This document shows positions 41,406-55,867 of a stretch of 64,000 bases of DNA, piece by piece. Each line of letters opens with the position of its first letter. Position 1 is the first letter of the stretch. The stretch comes from Octopus vulgaris (lineage: Eukaryota). Position numbers and translations under genes: made by a program. The DNA lies in assembly GCA_951406725.2 (NCBI GenBank), contig OX597818.1, positions 104,470,001 through 104,534,000 on the forward strand. Reading direction: 5' to 3'. The notes under the pieces are model-generated. The model had not been told where the DNA came from. It did no database searches and worked only from the letters and a program-made list of their open reading frames with translations.

Positions 41406-41956
41406 TTGGGTTGTCCAGAAAGTTAGTGCCGATTTATAGCAGCTTACCTTTCGTCTTATTTTAGAACATGTTTAAGTCCACAAAATAGGATTTGACTACA
41501 CCTCCATTTAGAGCACAGTTTAAGCTATCTTTTCGTGGAGGAAGGTTTATGTTCCTATAACCTGTGTTAATTCTGTAAACCTTTAAAATGAAAGATCGGC
41601 ACTTGATGCTTTGGGTACCAGACAAAAATTGTTGCAGCTCGGCTGGGATGTGTTACCCTACTCTCCATATTCACCAGATGTTGCTCCTTCGGATTTTCAC
41701 CTATTCAGTTCTCTGCAGAATAGTGTTAATGGTAAAAATTTCAATTCCTTGGATGACGTAAAAAGATACCTTGATGAATTCTTTGTCATGAAACCAGCTC
41801 AATTCTGTGCAGAAGGTATCTTCAAGTAAAAGGAAAAATGGAGACGCATTGTTCAACAAAATGGTTCATATTTGGTTGAGTAAAACTGTAATAGCAAGTA
41901 TTTATTGCCCTTTTTCTTTCCTTTAAAAATTGTCACAACATTTCCGGACAACCCAA
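41406..41956 (+). mobile_element. Internally deleted mariner (551 bp) with TA TSD
   Basis: TA-TTGGGTTGTCCAGAAA...TTTCCGGACAACCCAA-TA; retains LGWDVLPYSPYSPDVAPSDFHLF. Confidence 0.92.
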
Positions 41957-42059
41957 TACATCGATTGATTGATTCTCTTATATCTGCTTTAGCTGAGGAC
42001 TTTTTATGACCGATCATGTCCAGGGTTATCTACCCTACTCACACAAATTATTAATTTCA

Positions 42060-42265
42060 AATGTTGGCACAATGCCAACATTTTCAGGGGTAGGGCTGTT
42101 GGTTACATCGATCCCAATGTTCGACTAGTATTTGTTTAATTGAGTGTTTAGTCGAAGAAAGGCAAAGTCGATCTCTTTGGAATTTGAATGCAAAATTTAA
42201 AGACAGATGTAATGACGCTAAACAATTTGCCCGGCGTGCTAACGCTTCTGCCATCACGCCTCCTT
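42060..42265 (-). mobile_element. Degenerate SINE family 1-related copy
   Basis: GAAAGGCAAAGTCGA...GGAATTTGAA...TTTGCCCGGCGTGCTAACG; similar decayed copies near 4075, 10950, 21050, 30250, 40880. Confidence 0.7.
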
Positions 42266-43403
42266 ACTTACCCAAATTATTAAAATGATATTATTCATCG
42301 CATAAGTGTTTTTAATTTCATTTTATTGCTGCTCTCAAGATTAAATTTGTTAATATTAATTTAACATTTTCTCAGTTAATTTGTCACGTTTTGCTTTCAG
42401 AATAATTGGATATGATATGAATTTTTTTTTTCTCCGATTGTGAAAAATGATAATTGATAAAACTTACCCCTTCGAGTGCTTTAAAGCAAAATTCGTCAGA
42501 ATGAAGTAGAATGCCAAAACCTTATAAATTACGTCAATGAGCTATACATTAGCAGTGAATGGGAAGAGGTGCTAAAGTGCAAGACTAAAAGCCTTGAGGT
42601 ACTTGTTCCGTTTTTCTGCTCTCTGCGTTCAAATCTGCCAAAGCTAAATATTCCTTTCGCTTTTCCAATGTCGATAAAATAAATGGTGAAATAGGTTATT
42701 ACCAAAATTGTCAAATTATCATTGGTTCTTACTCTGTTTGTTCCGGTTTAAAATTTACTTCTTCTCTTCAGTCTACGATGACATGTACAGAAACGATTAA
42801 GAAAGATACCTAGATGCTGCCCTTCTTTCTCTGACTAAACAGTCGCATAAAAAAATGGTCTTTTCCCGCTTTACTTTCGTTTCTTTTTCTTATAAAACAG
42901 AAATAGGTTTAAGGTTATATATTTTCAATGAACACCTTTTAATTAAATAAGTTTAGATAGCCTTCATGTTCTTTATTCTTTGTCGCCCGGTCATTTTCTA
43001 ATTACTGTTCCCTAATCACGCTTGATATAAACATTAATAGTTTCTTTTTCCCGAATGTGTCCGTGGTTCTTTCTACTTTCCTCCCTAACTTGTAGATTTC
43101 TTCTCGTCATCCGCTTCGTATCCAAAATTCCTAATCTTCTAACACCATCACCTAAATACTTCTTGCTTCTATAGGATTAGGATCTATTTCATTTTAATGC
43201 CTTGGATCAAATGTTTTCCCCCCACTTCGTCTGATTCTAATGTGTACGAACGATGCTAATTCTGAACCACATGCTATTAAGTCTGATCTCTGTCTTCCGC
43301 CCTTGTCTTTCTTAATATAAAAGGTCCGCATACTGTAACTTCAAACACCTGGGTGTATTCGATAAACGGGAATTAAAAGAAGCCTATCTGTATATCTATA
43401 TAT

Positions 43404-43471
<68 letters not shown>

Positions 43472-43494
43472 TTATCTATCTCTCTATCTATGTA

Positions 43495-43513
43495 TCTAGC
43501 TAGCTAGCTTCGC

Positions 43514-43552
<39 letters not shown>

Positions 43553-43907
43553 GTCGGGCTTCTTCCAGTTTCCATCTACTGATGGCTATAGTAGAAGACA
43601 CTTGCCCCAAGGTGCCATGCAGTGGGACTGAACCCGGAACCATGTGGTTGGTAAGCAAGCTACTTACCACACAGCCACTCCTGCGCCATATATATATGTA
43701 TATATATATATATTTAGCGAAGCTAGCTAGCTAGATGCATAGATACATAGCTAGATACATATATATATATACGTCGGGCTTCTTCCAGTTTCCATCTACT
43801 GATGGCTATAGTAGAAGATACTTGCCCCAAGGTGCCACGCAGTGGAACTGAACCCGGAACCATGTGGTTGGTAAGCAAGCTACTTACCACACAGCCACTC
43901 CTGCACT

Positions 43908-43975
<68 letters not shown>

Positions 43976-44098
43976 GCGAAGCTAGCTAGCTAGATACATA
44001 GATACATAGCTAGATACATATATATATATACGTCGGGCTTCTTCCAGTTTCCATCTACTGATGGCTATAGTAGAAGACACTTGCCCCAAGGTGCCACA
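43495..44098. repeat. Triplicated internally deleted SINE family 2 fragment with inverted flank duplication
   Basis: ACGTCGGGCTTCTTCCAGTTTCCATCTACTGATGGCTATAG at 43551, 43771, 44030; CTAGCTAGCTTCGCTAAA inverted at about 43713 and 43972. Confidence 0.9.
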
Positions 44099-44721
44099 TA
44101 TACATATGTGTGCGTGTGTGTGTGTGTGTTATGTGTGCGTGTATGTGTGTATGTGTGTGTGTATGCGTTTGTTTATTTATGGATTTTTATGCTTGTGCAT
44201 GAGTTAAGATGCTTGCGTTTTTGCGTTTAGTGTGTGTGTTTATGTGCTATTTGTCAATTGTGAGGACAAGAACTGTGTAACTGATTTGAAGACAGATATA
44301 TACCGATAATTAAATGTACTCAAATACCCGTCGCATCTTGTATGCATTGAAATCAATATTTGGTTTTTGTTTCGTAAGTGTGAACAAATACAATAGTTTC
44401 GCATTGCTGCCTCACTTTTGCTAAATTTATAGATTTATAAATATTTGCTTATCAATGATGCATTTCAGATTGATCCAATCCAAATACTATTGATGGCTGC
44501 ATTTCAGCTCCACGCTGCAAATCATTGAAATACTTTTCGCGTTGTTTCTCAGAGAAAGAAGATGGCAGTGATCGTCATAACCATTGTATACGCATCATGT
44601 CTGATGACATTCTTGAGGTCGATATCAAACCTGGACTATTGCACGTCAATGTCTGCAGCATGATGTGAAGGGGAGGGAATCGAAAATTTGTTCTGAATGC
44701 TTGCAATGAACAAGAAATCCA

Positions 44722-44859
44722 TAGGAGTGGCTGTGTAGTAAGTAGCTTGCTTACCAACCACATGGTTCCGGGTTCAGTCCCACTACTAAAGCCTCGGGCC
44801 GCCCAAAGGCTTGTGAGTGAATTTGGTAGACGGAAACTGAAAGAAGCCCGTCGTATATA

Positions 44860-44916
<57 letters not shown>

Positions 44917-45043
44917 GTTGACAGCCGAAACAGCCGCATTTTTGCTAGTACATACGCAGTGAAGCTATACATTAGCGTCGTATTTATTACGTTCGCTATT
45001 TTCCAGTAAATATCGGTACTTCGTTATGCCATTTATTTACTTT

Positions 45044-45110
<67 letters not shown>

Positions 45111-45335
45111 GTGTGTGTGCGTGTTTGTGTGTGTGTATTTGTTCCCCCTCCCAACATCGCTTGACAACCGATGGTGGTGTGTTTACGTCCCCGTAACTTA
45201 GCGGTTCGGCAAAAGAGACCGACATAATAAGTAGTATTACAAATAATAAGTCCTGGGGTCGATTTGCTCGACTAAAGGTGGTGCTCCAGCATTGCCGCAG
45301 TCAAATGACTGAAACAAGTAAAAGAGTAAAAAAGT
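44722..45335 (+). mobile_element. SINE family 2 with a 130-bp foreign insert (44916-45045) in its internal (TA)n
   Basis: Head and tail intact; insert nearly identical to 55730-55832. Confidence 0.88.
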
Positions 45336-47333
45336 AATGGCTTTCAAGAACAACGTAATATTATTCGATCTACTAGATAATGGGTTAAGTCCAGCAAGTT
45401 ACTAATATTTAAAACATATGTATGGTCGAGCCAACAAGTACTCCGACCGGTGCAGGGCCTGGGCGTAGTTTGGACACGACATGGATAATGTGGGGTGTAA
45501 AAGCGAGAAGAGGCCTTTTGTGTGGAAAGGGATAAAGAGAAATGAGGAGAGAGCAAGTCCATGAAACAAAGGGTCGATCATGATTGGGACTTTGTGTCAA
45601 TCGTGTCCTTCTTTTGAGGGAGATTTGGTTATTATATATAGCGAGCCGAGTGATTGCATAGAAGGATCTCATTGGTTGATTCAAGCCTGTTTTATACACA
45701 AGTATTAATTTCCAATAGGATCTTAGGATTATTCTGTGTATACAATGATAGCACTGTCGTAAATATAATAGTAAGCTCCTGTAGAACCCACCTGAGTTTA
45801 GCAATCGTTAGGGAATGAAGTAACATGTGGTTCCTAAGAGGAGGGCTGGTCTTTGAATTTGAGATGCGTTCCTAAATATGTTAAGGGTGTGCATTCGCCA
45901 TAAGTAGTCCTCAATGATTAGTTAGGCCTAGGGTCAAAAATATAAACGCGTGTAAGATGAGGGTTCAAGGATTTAGGTTTCGTTACAATGAATCATTGCA
46001 AATCTCGATGGAAATAAATTCAAAACATGATCTTTAGCCGTGATGACTGGTGCGTTCTTACACTTATGTACTTACAGAATACATTAATTTAATTACCATC
46101 CACTTGATAAAGCATCTGTTAAAATTGAGATTTATAATGACACTTGATAAAACTAAAAGTTAATGTATAAGGTTAAAACAACATAGAAATAATACTTGAC
46201 GGGTTCGAAGATATAATAAATTCACTGAGAATCCGTGAAACTGCAACTTTTTATTTTTTGCTTCATTGTTTGCTTTCTGTTTGCTTTTCTCTAAAATTTA
46301 ATAGAATAAGAATAAAGTGAATTATTGTGTATAAGGTATGTTTCTTAACAGTTTGCACTGGGTAATTTGATTTGCGTTGACTGCAGGTTTTACAGCTGCC
46401 AGTAAAGCAATAGTGATGCGTAATAGATAGGAAGAAATATTGACATATGTACTCAGCTGAGAGCAATAAGAGGGAGCTAATAAATCAACTGAAGAAGTTA
46501 TGTTTACAGTCTTCAGTTTTTTTTATTATTTTATCACAATTCCCTTTTACACCATTTTCTATACATCCGGGTAATTTTTGGTTTCTTCCATTTTGGTTAT
46601 TTATGCAATGCTAATGATCGATCATACTGCTGCTGCTGCTGCCGCCGATGATGATGATGATGATGATGATGTTTGTTTTTGTATTGTCGTTTCTGGAGTT
46701 GTTTATTTTCCTTGATTTTTTTGTTTTGTTTTTGCTGATGTTGCTGTTATTGTTGTTTAGGTTGCAGATATGATTATGTATTGTTTTCCTTGCTTCCATC
46801 CTAATTACTCCAATAGCAATGAAAATTGATATTGACAGCTAAATAAACATATTCAGGAAGAACCACCATTGTCTCCATGTTTCACATCTTTCCAGCTTCT
46901 AATTGTAAATTTTTATACATATTTTTTCATGTCTCACTGATATGCTTTTCCGCTCGGTACAGGATATATCAATTACATTACAGCTATTATTAACACTATT
47001 TTTATTTTTATAGCTGCTATTACTACTACAAGTAGTGGTCACTATGATACATTGATGAGGCATCCATCCTAACCGCAGGTTTCGATTCTTTGCCAGGAGC
47101 ATTGATTAATAATTATTATTTTATTCTGTGGTCATTGATGTACAGCCTAAGATAAAACGAAAGATTTACAACTTTTCACTTTCTCAGTCTATAAATTTGG
47201 GTCTAAATAACATTTTTTCATACACAAAACTATTTTCAAGTCATTTTATCGGGTGCTTTAGCGAATTATCTCTTTCAGCAACAATTTAAAACATTTAGTT
47301 CTTTTATCTCTTTACTTTTAAAGATTATCAAAT

Positions 47334-48437
47334 TATAGGTTCCGGCTAGATACAGACAGTAGATCATAGGCGTACAAACATAAACATCCAGGCACACACG
47401 GACAGAACCACAACGGGGCATACACACACGCTTACACAAACGAGCGCATACACGCAAACACATACACATACACACACACATAAACAATTAACACACTCAG
47501 CAAACACACACATGCATACAGGAACAGTCACACACACACATACATACATACATTTACAAACATAGGCTACTTTTCAACTCCCAATATATTTTTCTCTTTC
47601 TCAGTAATGCATACATAACACCCATTAGTCTATACAGTCCTCGGCACAGAACGTAAATCAGCTTGGTTTTATAAAAACTGGGAAGGCATAAATGTGGATG
47701 TGTGGCAAGAAGTTTGCTTCACAACCTCATGGTTCCGGGTTCAGTCTCACTGCGCAGCACTTTGCGTGTTTTCTACTATAGTCTCGACCCGAACAAAGCC
47801 CTCTGAGTGGTAGACAGAAAACGAAAGAAGCCCGGTGAAGTGCTTATTGGTATTTCATCTGCCGCTACGTTCTGAGTTCAAATTCCGCCAAGGTCGACTT
47901 TGTCTTTCATCCCTTCGGGGTCGACTAAATAAGTACCAGTTACGCACTGGGGTCGATATAATCGATTTAATCCGTTAGTCTGTCCTTGTTTGTCCCCTCT
48001 GTGTTTAGCCCCTTGTGGGTGGTAGAGAAATGGGTATTTCGTCTGCCGCTACGTTCTGAGTTCAAATTCCGCCGAGGTTGATTTTGCCTTTCATCCTTTC
48101 GGGGTCGATGAAATAAGTATCAGTTACGCACTGGGGTCGATATAATCGACTTAATCCGTTTGTCTGTCCTTGTTTGTCCCCTCTGTGTTTAGCCCCTTGT
48201 GGGCAGTAAAGAAATAAGAAACTAAAAGAAGCCCGTTAAATGTGTGGTGGTGGGGGCAATAGATGTGCGATGGGGAATATTCAACGCTGAAAAAAATCAA
48301 ACAGCGTTTCAACCCTCTGTTAGTATGTGTGAATGTGTGAGCGTGTACAAGCCTGTGTTTGTAAATGTATATATGTTTAGGTGACTGTTCTTGTTTACGG
48401 GTGTGTGTTTGCTGAGTTTGTTAGTTGTTTGTATGTG

Positions 48438-48469
<32 letters not shown>

Positions 48470-48571
48470 CGTGCTCGTTTGTGTATGCTTCGTTGTGCTT
48501 CTGTTCGTGTGTGCCTGGATGTTTATGTGTGTACGCCTATGATCTGCCGTCTGTATCTAGCCGGAACCTAT
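47334..48571. repeat. Inverted duplication (arms 47334-47568 and 48350-48571) enclosing nested SINEs
   Basis: TAGGTTCCGGCTAGATACAGAC...CATCCAGGCACACACG versus its reverse complement; right arm abuts (TA)n. Confidence 0.88.
47695..48235 (+). mobile_element. SINE family 1 dimer (47837-48217) nested in a SINE family 2 5' half
   Basis: Target duplication GAAAACGAAAGAAGCCCG / GAAACTAAAAGAAGCCCG flanks the dimer. Confidence 0.85.
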
Positions 48572-48579
48572 ATATATAT

Positions 48580-48625
<46 letters not shown>

Positions 48626-48968
48626 ATATATATATATATATGTATATATAATATACTACACCTACCTGTCTTTTCTCCACTCTGTAATATAATATTCCTA
48701 TTCAACCCCACATTCATTGTCTATTCATAACTGGAACTAGTAACTTCAATTATTGCCATGGAGTATTATGAATAATCCTTGCCACGGATTATCATCGAAC
48801 TTTCTCATTTAAATGAACATTACTTATAATTGTATTATATATTTGATCATGGAACTATCTAACATACCTATTCTACTCTCATCCTGCCCCCATTTTTTAC
48901 AAACTGGAATTGTTTAATATCCTCAACTGGAGATATTACCTCGTTTTTACATCCCTCTAGCGTGTTCC

Positions 48969-49055
48969 GCTCTGACGATGGAATACTCAGCTTATGAATT
49001 CCTTACTCATTATAATGAGCCACATGGTTGGGTACTCTAGAAGCAGTTGTAAGAC
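48969..49055 (+). ncRNA. Degenerate hammerhead motif (GAAA changed to GAAG)
   Basis: CT-CTGACGA-TGGAATACTCAGC...GTTGGGTACTCTA-GAA-GCAGTTGT-A-AG; about 13-bp stem II retained. Confidence 0.55.
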
Positions 49056-49552
49056 ACTGAACAGTATTTTCTATCTAAATTAAATATCCTTTTGAAGTGA
49101 TGCCGAACGCTGTGTATTTTCATTTTTACTTTAATCTGTATGCACAACGTATAGTTTTCTATACATCCTCATTCACGGTCCTTCAAACAGGCGTTATTCA
49201 AAGCTTTTGCTCAAGCGCCTGCACATTGTCTATGCAGCAGAAACATGTGTTGGCCATTGTAATAAAACAATTATCCTTCATGACAAAGTGTGAAATTAAA
49301 AGAAAAAAATTGATGATTTACAAGTGTCCGTATTATCTATAATTCTTTAAAATCAACACTCCTGATAATTTTTATATCCCAGTTAAGCAAACCCGGGGTT
49401 ATCCGTCAGAAGAATGATAGCGTATTTGGTAGCACAAGGCGATCATTGACACTTATAACTATTTGATAAGATTAGCCGTAACCTGGTGTATACCTGAGAG
49501 CTACCACGGTACCCGACCGAATAATTTTATCCCTACACACACACATATATAT

Positions 49553-49641
<89 letters not shown>

Positions 49642-50427
49642 TAGAAAATTATAAAAATGATAAAAACGTATTATCGTATAATTTTAACAGGTACACAGAC
49701 AGTTTTGCATGCTGCACAGTAAGGTCAAGATGAGGTCCATTGTCAAATGGGGGAAGTTAGGTGTTAATAGCCAAACTTTGAAACTCTGACAAATTGGCTA
49801 GACCTTTATAGGCAGGGATAATTGTACACCCAGTTTTATTTGTGACAGTTAAAGTTTTTTTCTGTGAGACAAAGTTGTTCAATTGGATTCTAGAAGCTAT
49901 AATTGTCCGCTTCGTTTATGCAGTTTGTGTTTTTGTTAGGCATTTATGGATCTATTTTATGCTCCAGGAATTCGCGAGAAGTTTTGCTTGTCAGATTTAA
50001 ATAATTTCTGTGTCTCATCTGGGTGTGTATAAAATTCTCCTAAGTTATGTTATTGCAATATTTATGTGAATTTTTAGCCTCGTATTTGTGGCAGGTTGTG
50101 CAGTAAATTTGCTAGCTATTTTCTGTTAAGATAAATGTTAAAAAATCTGTATAAATAGCTAGAGGGTGTATGAATTTAATTTTTCATGTAGCCAATTTTT
50201 ACATGAGACAACTAAACTGTAAATTTTGTCTAATAGTTACTCAGCAGGCTTGTACTAAGCAGTTTTGTGTGAATTTACAACAAACTAGATTATTTATTTG
50301 ACTTTATATTTTTTAACTATAATTGTTGATTTAGTCTGGCAGCCGTTTTGTGTCATGAACTTTTAGTTTAAATGGTTGCTTTGACGTTAGATTTACTTAT
50401 GTTTATGTCCAAGGTTCGAAAACCATA

Positions 50428-50600
50428 ATTGTGAAGCCGGATTTATGAAACCAGTTTTCCGAATCCATATTTTTGAAATCAAATTTGTGAATCCAAATTT
50501 ATGAATCCAACGAAAATAAATTCATGAATCCAATGAAGCCAGATTTACGAATCCAGGTGTGTGAAATCAAGTTTGTGAAGCCAGGTTTCTGAGACCAAAT
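50428..50600. repeat. Degenerate short-period minisatellite (TT(T/G)TGAA(T/G)CCA-like units)
   Basis: About 10 imperfect copies seen by eye. Confidence 0.7.
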
Positions 50601-50797
50601 TTTATATATTTTACTTGTGTAAATATTTTGACTGCACGCCTAGTGCAGCATTAATTTATTTTGTATGTAGGTTGTTAGTGTATGCTGACGCTTAATTGTT
50701 AATAATATTTTTAAAACAAACTTCATGTTGTGTTCTTGTTTTGGGTTCACTCCATCATTGTTGGTTGTGTAAATTCGGGTTATGGCCACTAGCTCGT

Positions 50798-50853
<56 letters not shown>

Positions 50854-50990
50854 GTTTTCGAAATGTTGATTTTTTCGTCTTCCTGTGATATCCTGTACGT
50901 ATATATATTTATATATGCATTTATATATACATGTAGATGTCGGTACGTACATATATGTTTGTATGTATGCATATATTTTATTTATTACAC

Positions 50991-51023
<33 letters not shown>

Positions 51024-51582
51024 TTATTATGTCAGGTCACTTTCGAGTGCTACTGATAACATGTAACCCAGTACAACCTGTTGCATGGTCGGGTCGTCGG
51101 CGACTAAACCGGCAACCCCACCAAACTTGCTTGGTGAGGAGGATGTTTATTGTACACCCTGCGGGATGAAAAACAAAACCCGTCAAAGGGCGGAGGAACT
51201 CTTGAGAGTCAGCGGCCATCCAATAAATGTCTTAAGGCTGTATCATGCGCGGGGACATAGAAATAATCGGACTGAATACCCGATCGCACGGTTAAACCAT
51301 TGGGAGTGAAGGACTTCTAGCCTTTGTTAGGGCAATTTTTCTAGGAGAAGGTAACTCAGGTAACTGGGATAACTCCGATATAAAAGCTGCGGCTCAGTGG
51401 TTACTGATGATATTGACTTGTTCTTATTTTCGGATTATAGCTGCTTAGTGAGTGGGATTGACTCAGTGCACAGCCTTTCCTCACTTTAAAAAAAAAATCT
51501 TCATGCACAGGCATTGCACGATAACAACATTGATTAGGCTTCGTGCAATGGCCATACTCGATAATGAGGGGGCAGCCACCAT
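51024..51582 (+). mobile_element. Second copy of the about 555-bp RTE-like non-autonomous element
   Basis: Reverse complement of 33333-33888 with identical boundaries; microsatellite flanks. Confidence 0.7.
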
Positions 51583-51974
51583 GTATGTATGTATGTATGT
51601 ATGTATGTATGCATGTAATATAACTGTTTCTCTTTGTACTGGTGTTTGTCCCTCGCCACCACGTGGCCACTGGTGTTCATGCGATTATGTCCCGGTAACC
51701 TAGCGGTCTGACAGAAGGACCGGTAGATTAACTACCAGCAGTATTGACGTCGATTCATTCGACTACATGTTTTGAAGACGGCGCCCCAGAATGGCCACAA
51801 TTTAATGACAGAAACAATTAAAAGATAAATAAAAGTTGTTTGTAGATTTAATGTTATTGCGGTGGTGTTAGTGGTCACTGTTGTTGAGTTTGTTATTATG
51901 CGCATTATTGATCTTGTTGTGCTTAATTGCGCGTTAGTCCGAATCAAGATCTATGCTCAAGAGTACCAAATATA

Positions 51975-52435
51975 TGCATCACGTCTTCTTTTCTTCCACT
52001 ATATCAGAGATTGCATTGACCAGTGTGTTCTTTAAAACAGTTAAAAGTGACTGAAAGAAATTGAAGCTGTTACTTGCAGCAGATCTTGCAATAGCGTGGA
52101 GGTCCTTTCTATGGTTCTCGTAGAACACCAGAAGCTGGTAGAACAGTGCAGAAGCCGAGGTGCCGGGAATTTTGTGAACCAACTGAAGTAGGTTGTCGGC
52201 GTTTCACACTCCAAAGCTCTGACTGGGTTCGGATTTACTGGTGCAGTAACGAGAAAGGCAATACATTTCCTCAACGAAGCTGGAAAGAAAAATTTGCACC
52301 ATGAGGACAGACTGCTGGGTGCAAGCTGGGATTTGATCACCCTACTTAAGTTCAACAACGTGAAGGTGTCTTATGTTGAAAGATCCGGAACCCCTTAAGA
52401 TCCCAGAAACATCGCTGATGATATATCCCAGAACA
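51975..52435 (+). mobile_element. HERO-clade (R2-group, RLE) non-LTR retrotransposon 3' remnant
   Basis: QKLVEQCRSRG / CEPTEVGCRRF / RKAIHFLNEAG RLE C-terminal motifs; 3' UTR GGTGTCTTATGTTGAAAGATCC...CATCGCTGATGATATATCCCAG. Confidence 0.72.
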
Positions 52436-53270
52436 TTCGGTGAGTATTCTTAAGAACTAATTAAATTAGATACACCAGAATTTCTGGTATAGGCCTACCT
52501 CCAATGTATTAGGCTAGCTAACCTTAAAATAAAACATACATTCGTGTCCAAGCGATCTAAAATCCCTGCCAATCTCTGTTTCCTCATTTTTGGACAAGAT
52601 TGACAAACGCTTTGCTCCGCGGACAAGTTCTAATTATGTAGTAAGACAGCAACACAGGCAGATTTATTTCTGAACTGTCACGATTAGACTTACTACGCAC
52701 GGCATTGCCCAAATTCTAAATGTATTTAATCGCAATTAATTAAAATTTGTGCGTTCTCTCCTAATTTCCTTGCCCAGAATTGATCATTAACTCAATGGAT
52801 ATTTCTCCTTGCTAATTATAACTAATTAATTAAAATATCTTGGTTCGCTTCATTAAGTTTGTTAGTAGTGAGCTCACTATTATTTTCATTCCATTGGATG
52901 CAAACGCCTTTTATCATTGCCTAAAATTAGCGGGAAGTTACGATATGCATGCATTTGCCAAGAGTACTAGCAGTATAAATAAGTAGTGATATTACTTAAA
53001 CAGGGAGTCGAAGATTCACTTCATAGATCAAGTCCGGTGATCGTACTCTCTGTCACATTTTGTTAATAAGTATTTCTTTTCTGTCGGCAATCTGTACATA
53101 TAATTAGAATGTATATACATCCGTAACATGCATATATACTCACGACGAATAGCGTTGTTAAGGCTTTTAAAGCACACACATTCAAGGGACGTATACATAT
53201 CGCGAACATTTAACTGACATTGCTCCCAACGTTAAAAATGAATTTTCCATTTTTTTTAATGTATCTAAGC

Positions 53271-54605
<1,335 letters not shown>

Positions 54606-55178
54606 AGCTTATAAACACGTACATACAGCTTCCATGTTGTGATGTTCATTACTAATACAGTAATACTGGCGACAAACTTGATGCTAAGCATCATCCTGTC
54701 GGAATCCAAGCAGATGTGTAGTTATAGAGATCACTAACAGACGATCCAATATATACAATATGACGCCTGTAGCGTCGCATGATGCAGGATTCATTTAATA
54801 CCTGCCATCTTATTTTTTTTCTTGTTTTATCACAAATAACTGCAGAATGAATTTCTAATGATAACACGACTGAACAGCAATCAATGAAGCATTGCCTTCC
54901 TCTGAATTGAAAATTCTTACCGATATTTATTTTTTTTGCACAACATCGAAAATAAAATGAAATGTGGATAAAAAAAATTTTTTTTTTTTTCCTTTTACTG
55001 TTTATATTTTTTTACTTTAAGCATTCATTCATTTAATGCTACTTGAATATACTTCACAATCTTGTTTTGTATTCGAAACAATTTTATCAGGTGTTTTATG
55101 TAGTATATATGTGTGTATATGTGTTTCTATGTGTGTGCGTGTGTGTATGAGCCTGTATGTTCGTGTGTTTATATATTT

Positions 55179-55213
<35 letters not shown>

Positions 55214-55329
55214 CATATATATATATACACATGTATATATATATATATATACAGACCGCCATGCTGATTCGTTAGCTCCTGCACGCATTTTTTCTCTCCT
55301 TGTTTCTCCCCGTGTTTCTTTTCTGTGTA

Positions 55330-55367
55330 TCTTTCTTTTGAAGAGCGTAGGCTCGAAACGTAAAAGA
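55330..55367 (+). ncRNA. Hammerhead-shaped motif with non-canonical core, in a TA-flanked short element (55255-55463)
   Basis: TCTTT-CTTTTGA-A-GAGC GTAG GCTC-GAA-ACGT-A-AAAGA: stems intact, CUGANGA reads CUUUUGA. Confidence 0.5.
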
Positions 55368-55464
55368 CTTGTTTTATTTCTATTCCTGAGCGCCATACTA
55401 ATACAATTGTTTGTTTGTACTCCACCTGCCTTCGTCTTTTGTTTATTTACGTAAAGCTTCCTGT

Positions 55465-55497
<33 letters not shown>

Positions 55498-55572
55498 ATG
55501 AAAAAGTTAATGCAATACGAGAATTATACATAAAAGTAAATAATGGCAACATTTGAAACATTGTTGAGGTTT

Positions 55573-55645
55573 ATGCAGCTGATGAGGATAAATCAATTAT
55601 ACGATTGACATTCGTATTTTGAAAAATCCGAAACCGGTACTGCAT
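55573..55645 (+). ncRNA. Minimal type I hammerhead ribozyme (intact core) in a TA-flanked short element (55500-55832)
   Basis: ATGCAG-CTGATGA-GGAT..36 nt..ATCC-GAA-ACCGGT-A-CTGCAT: stem I 6 bp, stem II 4 bp, GUA triplet. Confidence 0.82.
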
Positions 55646-55867
55646 TATCCATTATCTAGGTTTTTCATTTTTCAGATATTCTTCCTAGAGGTAAGACAAT
55701 TTTTTCATGTGTGTTGCACACACGCATCTTTACTAGTACATACGCAGTGAAGCTATACATTAGCGTCATATTTATTACGTTCGCTATTTCCAGTAAATAT
55801 CGGTACTTCGTTGTACCATTTATTTACTTTTATTTATATATATATATACATTTATATATATATATAT

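Noticed and set aside
45340-46250. Possible decayed retroelement coding sequence (also 30800-31850 and 49680-50420)
   Set aside because: Composition is suggestive but no diagnostic motif could be recovered by eye
51029-51125. HDV-like ribozyme at the 5' end of the RTE-like element
   Set aside because: A P4-like hairpin (GTCG-TCGG-CGAC) is present, but I could not build P1, P3 or P1.1
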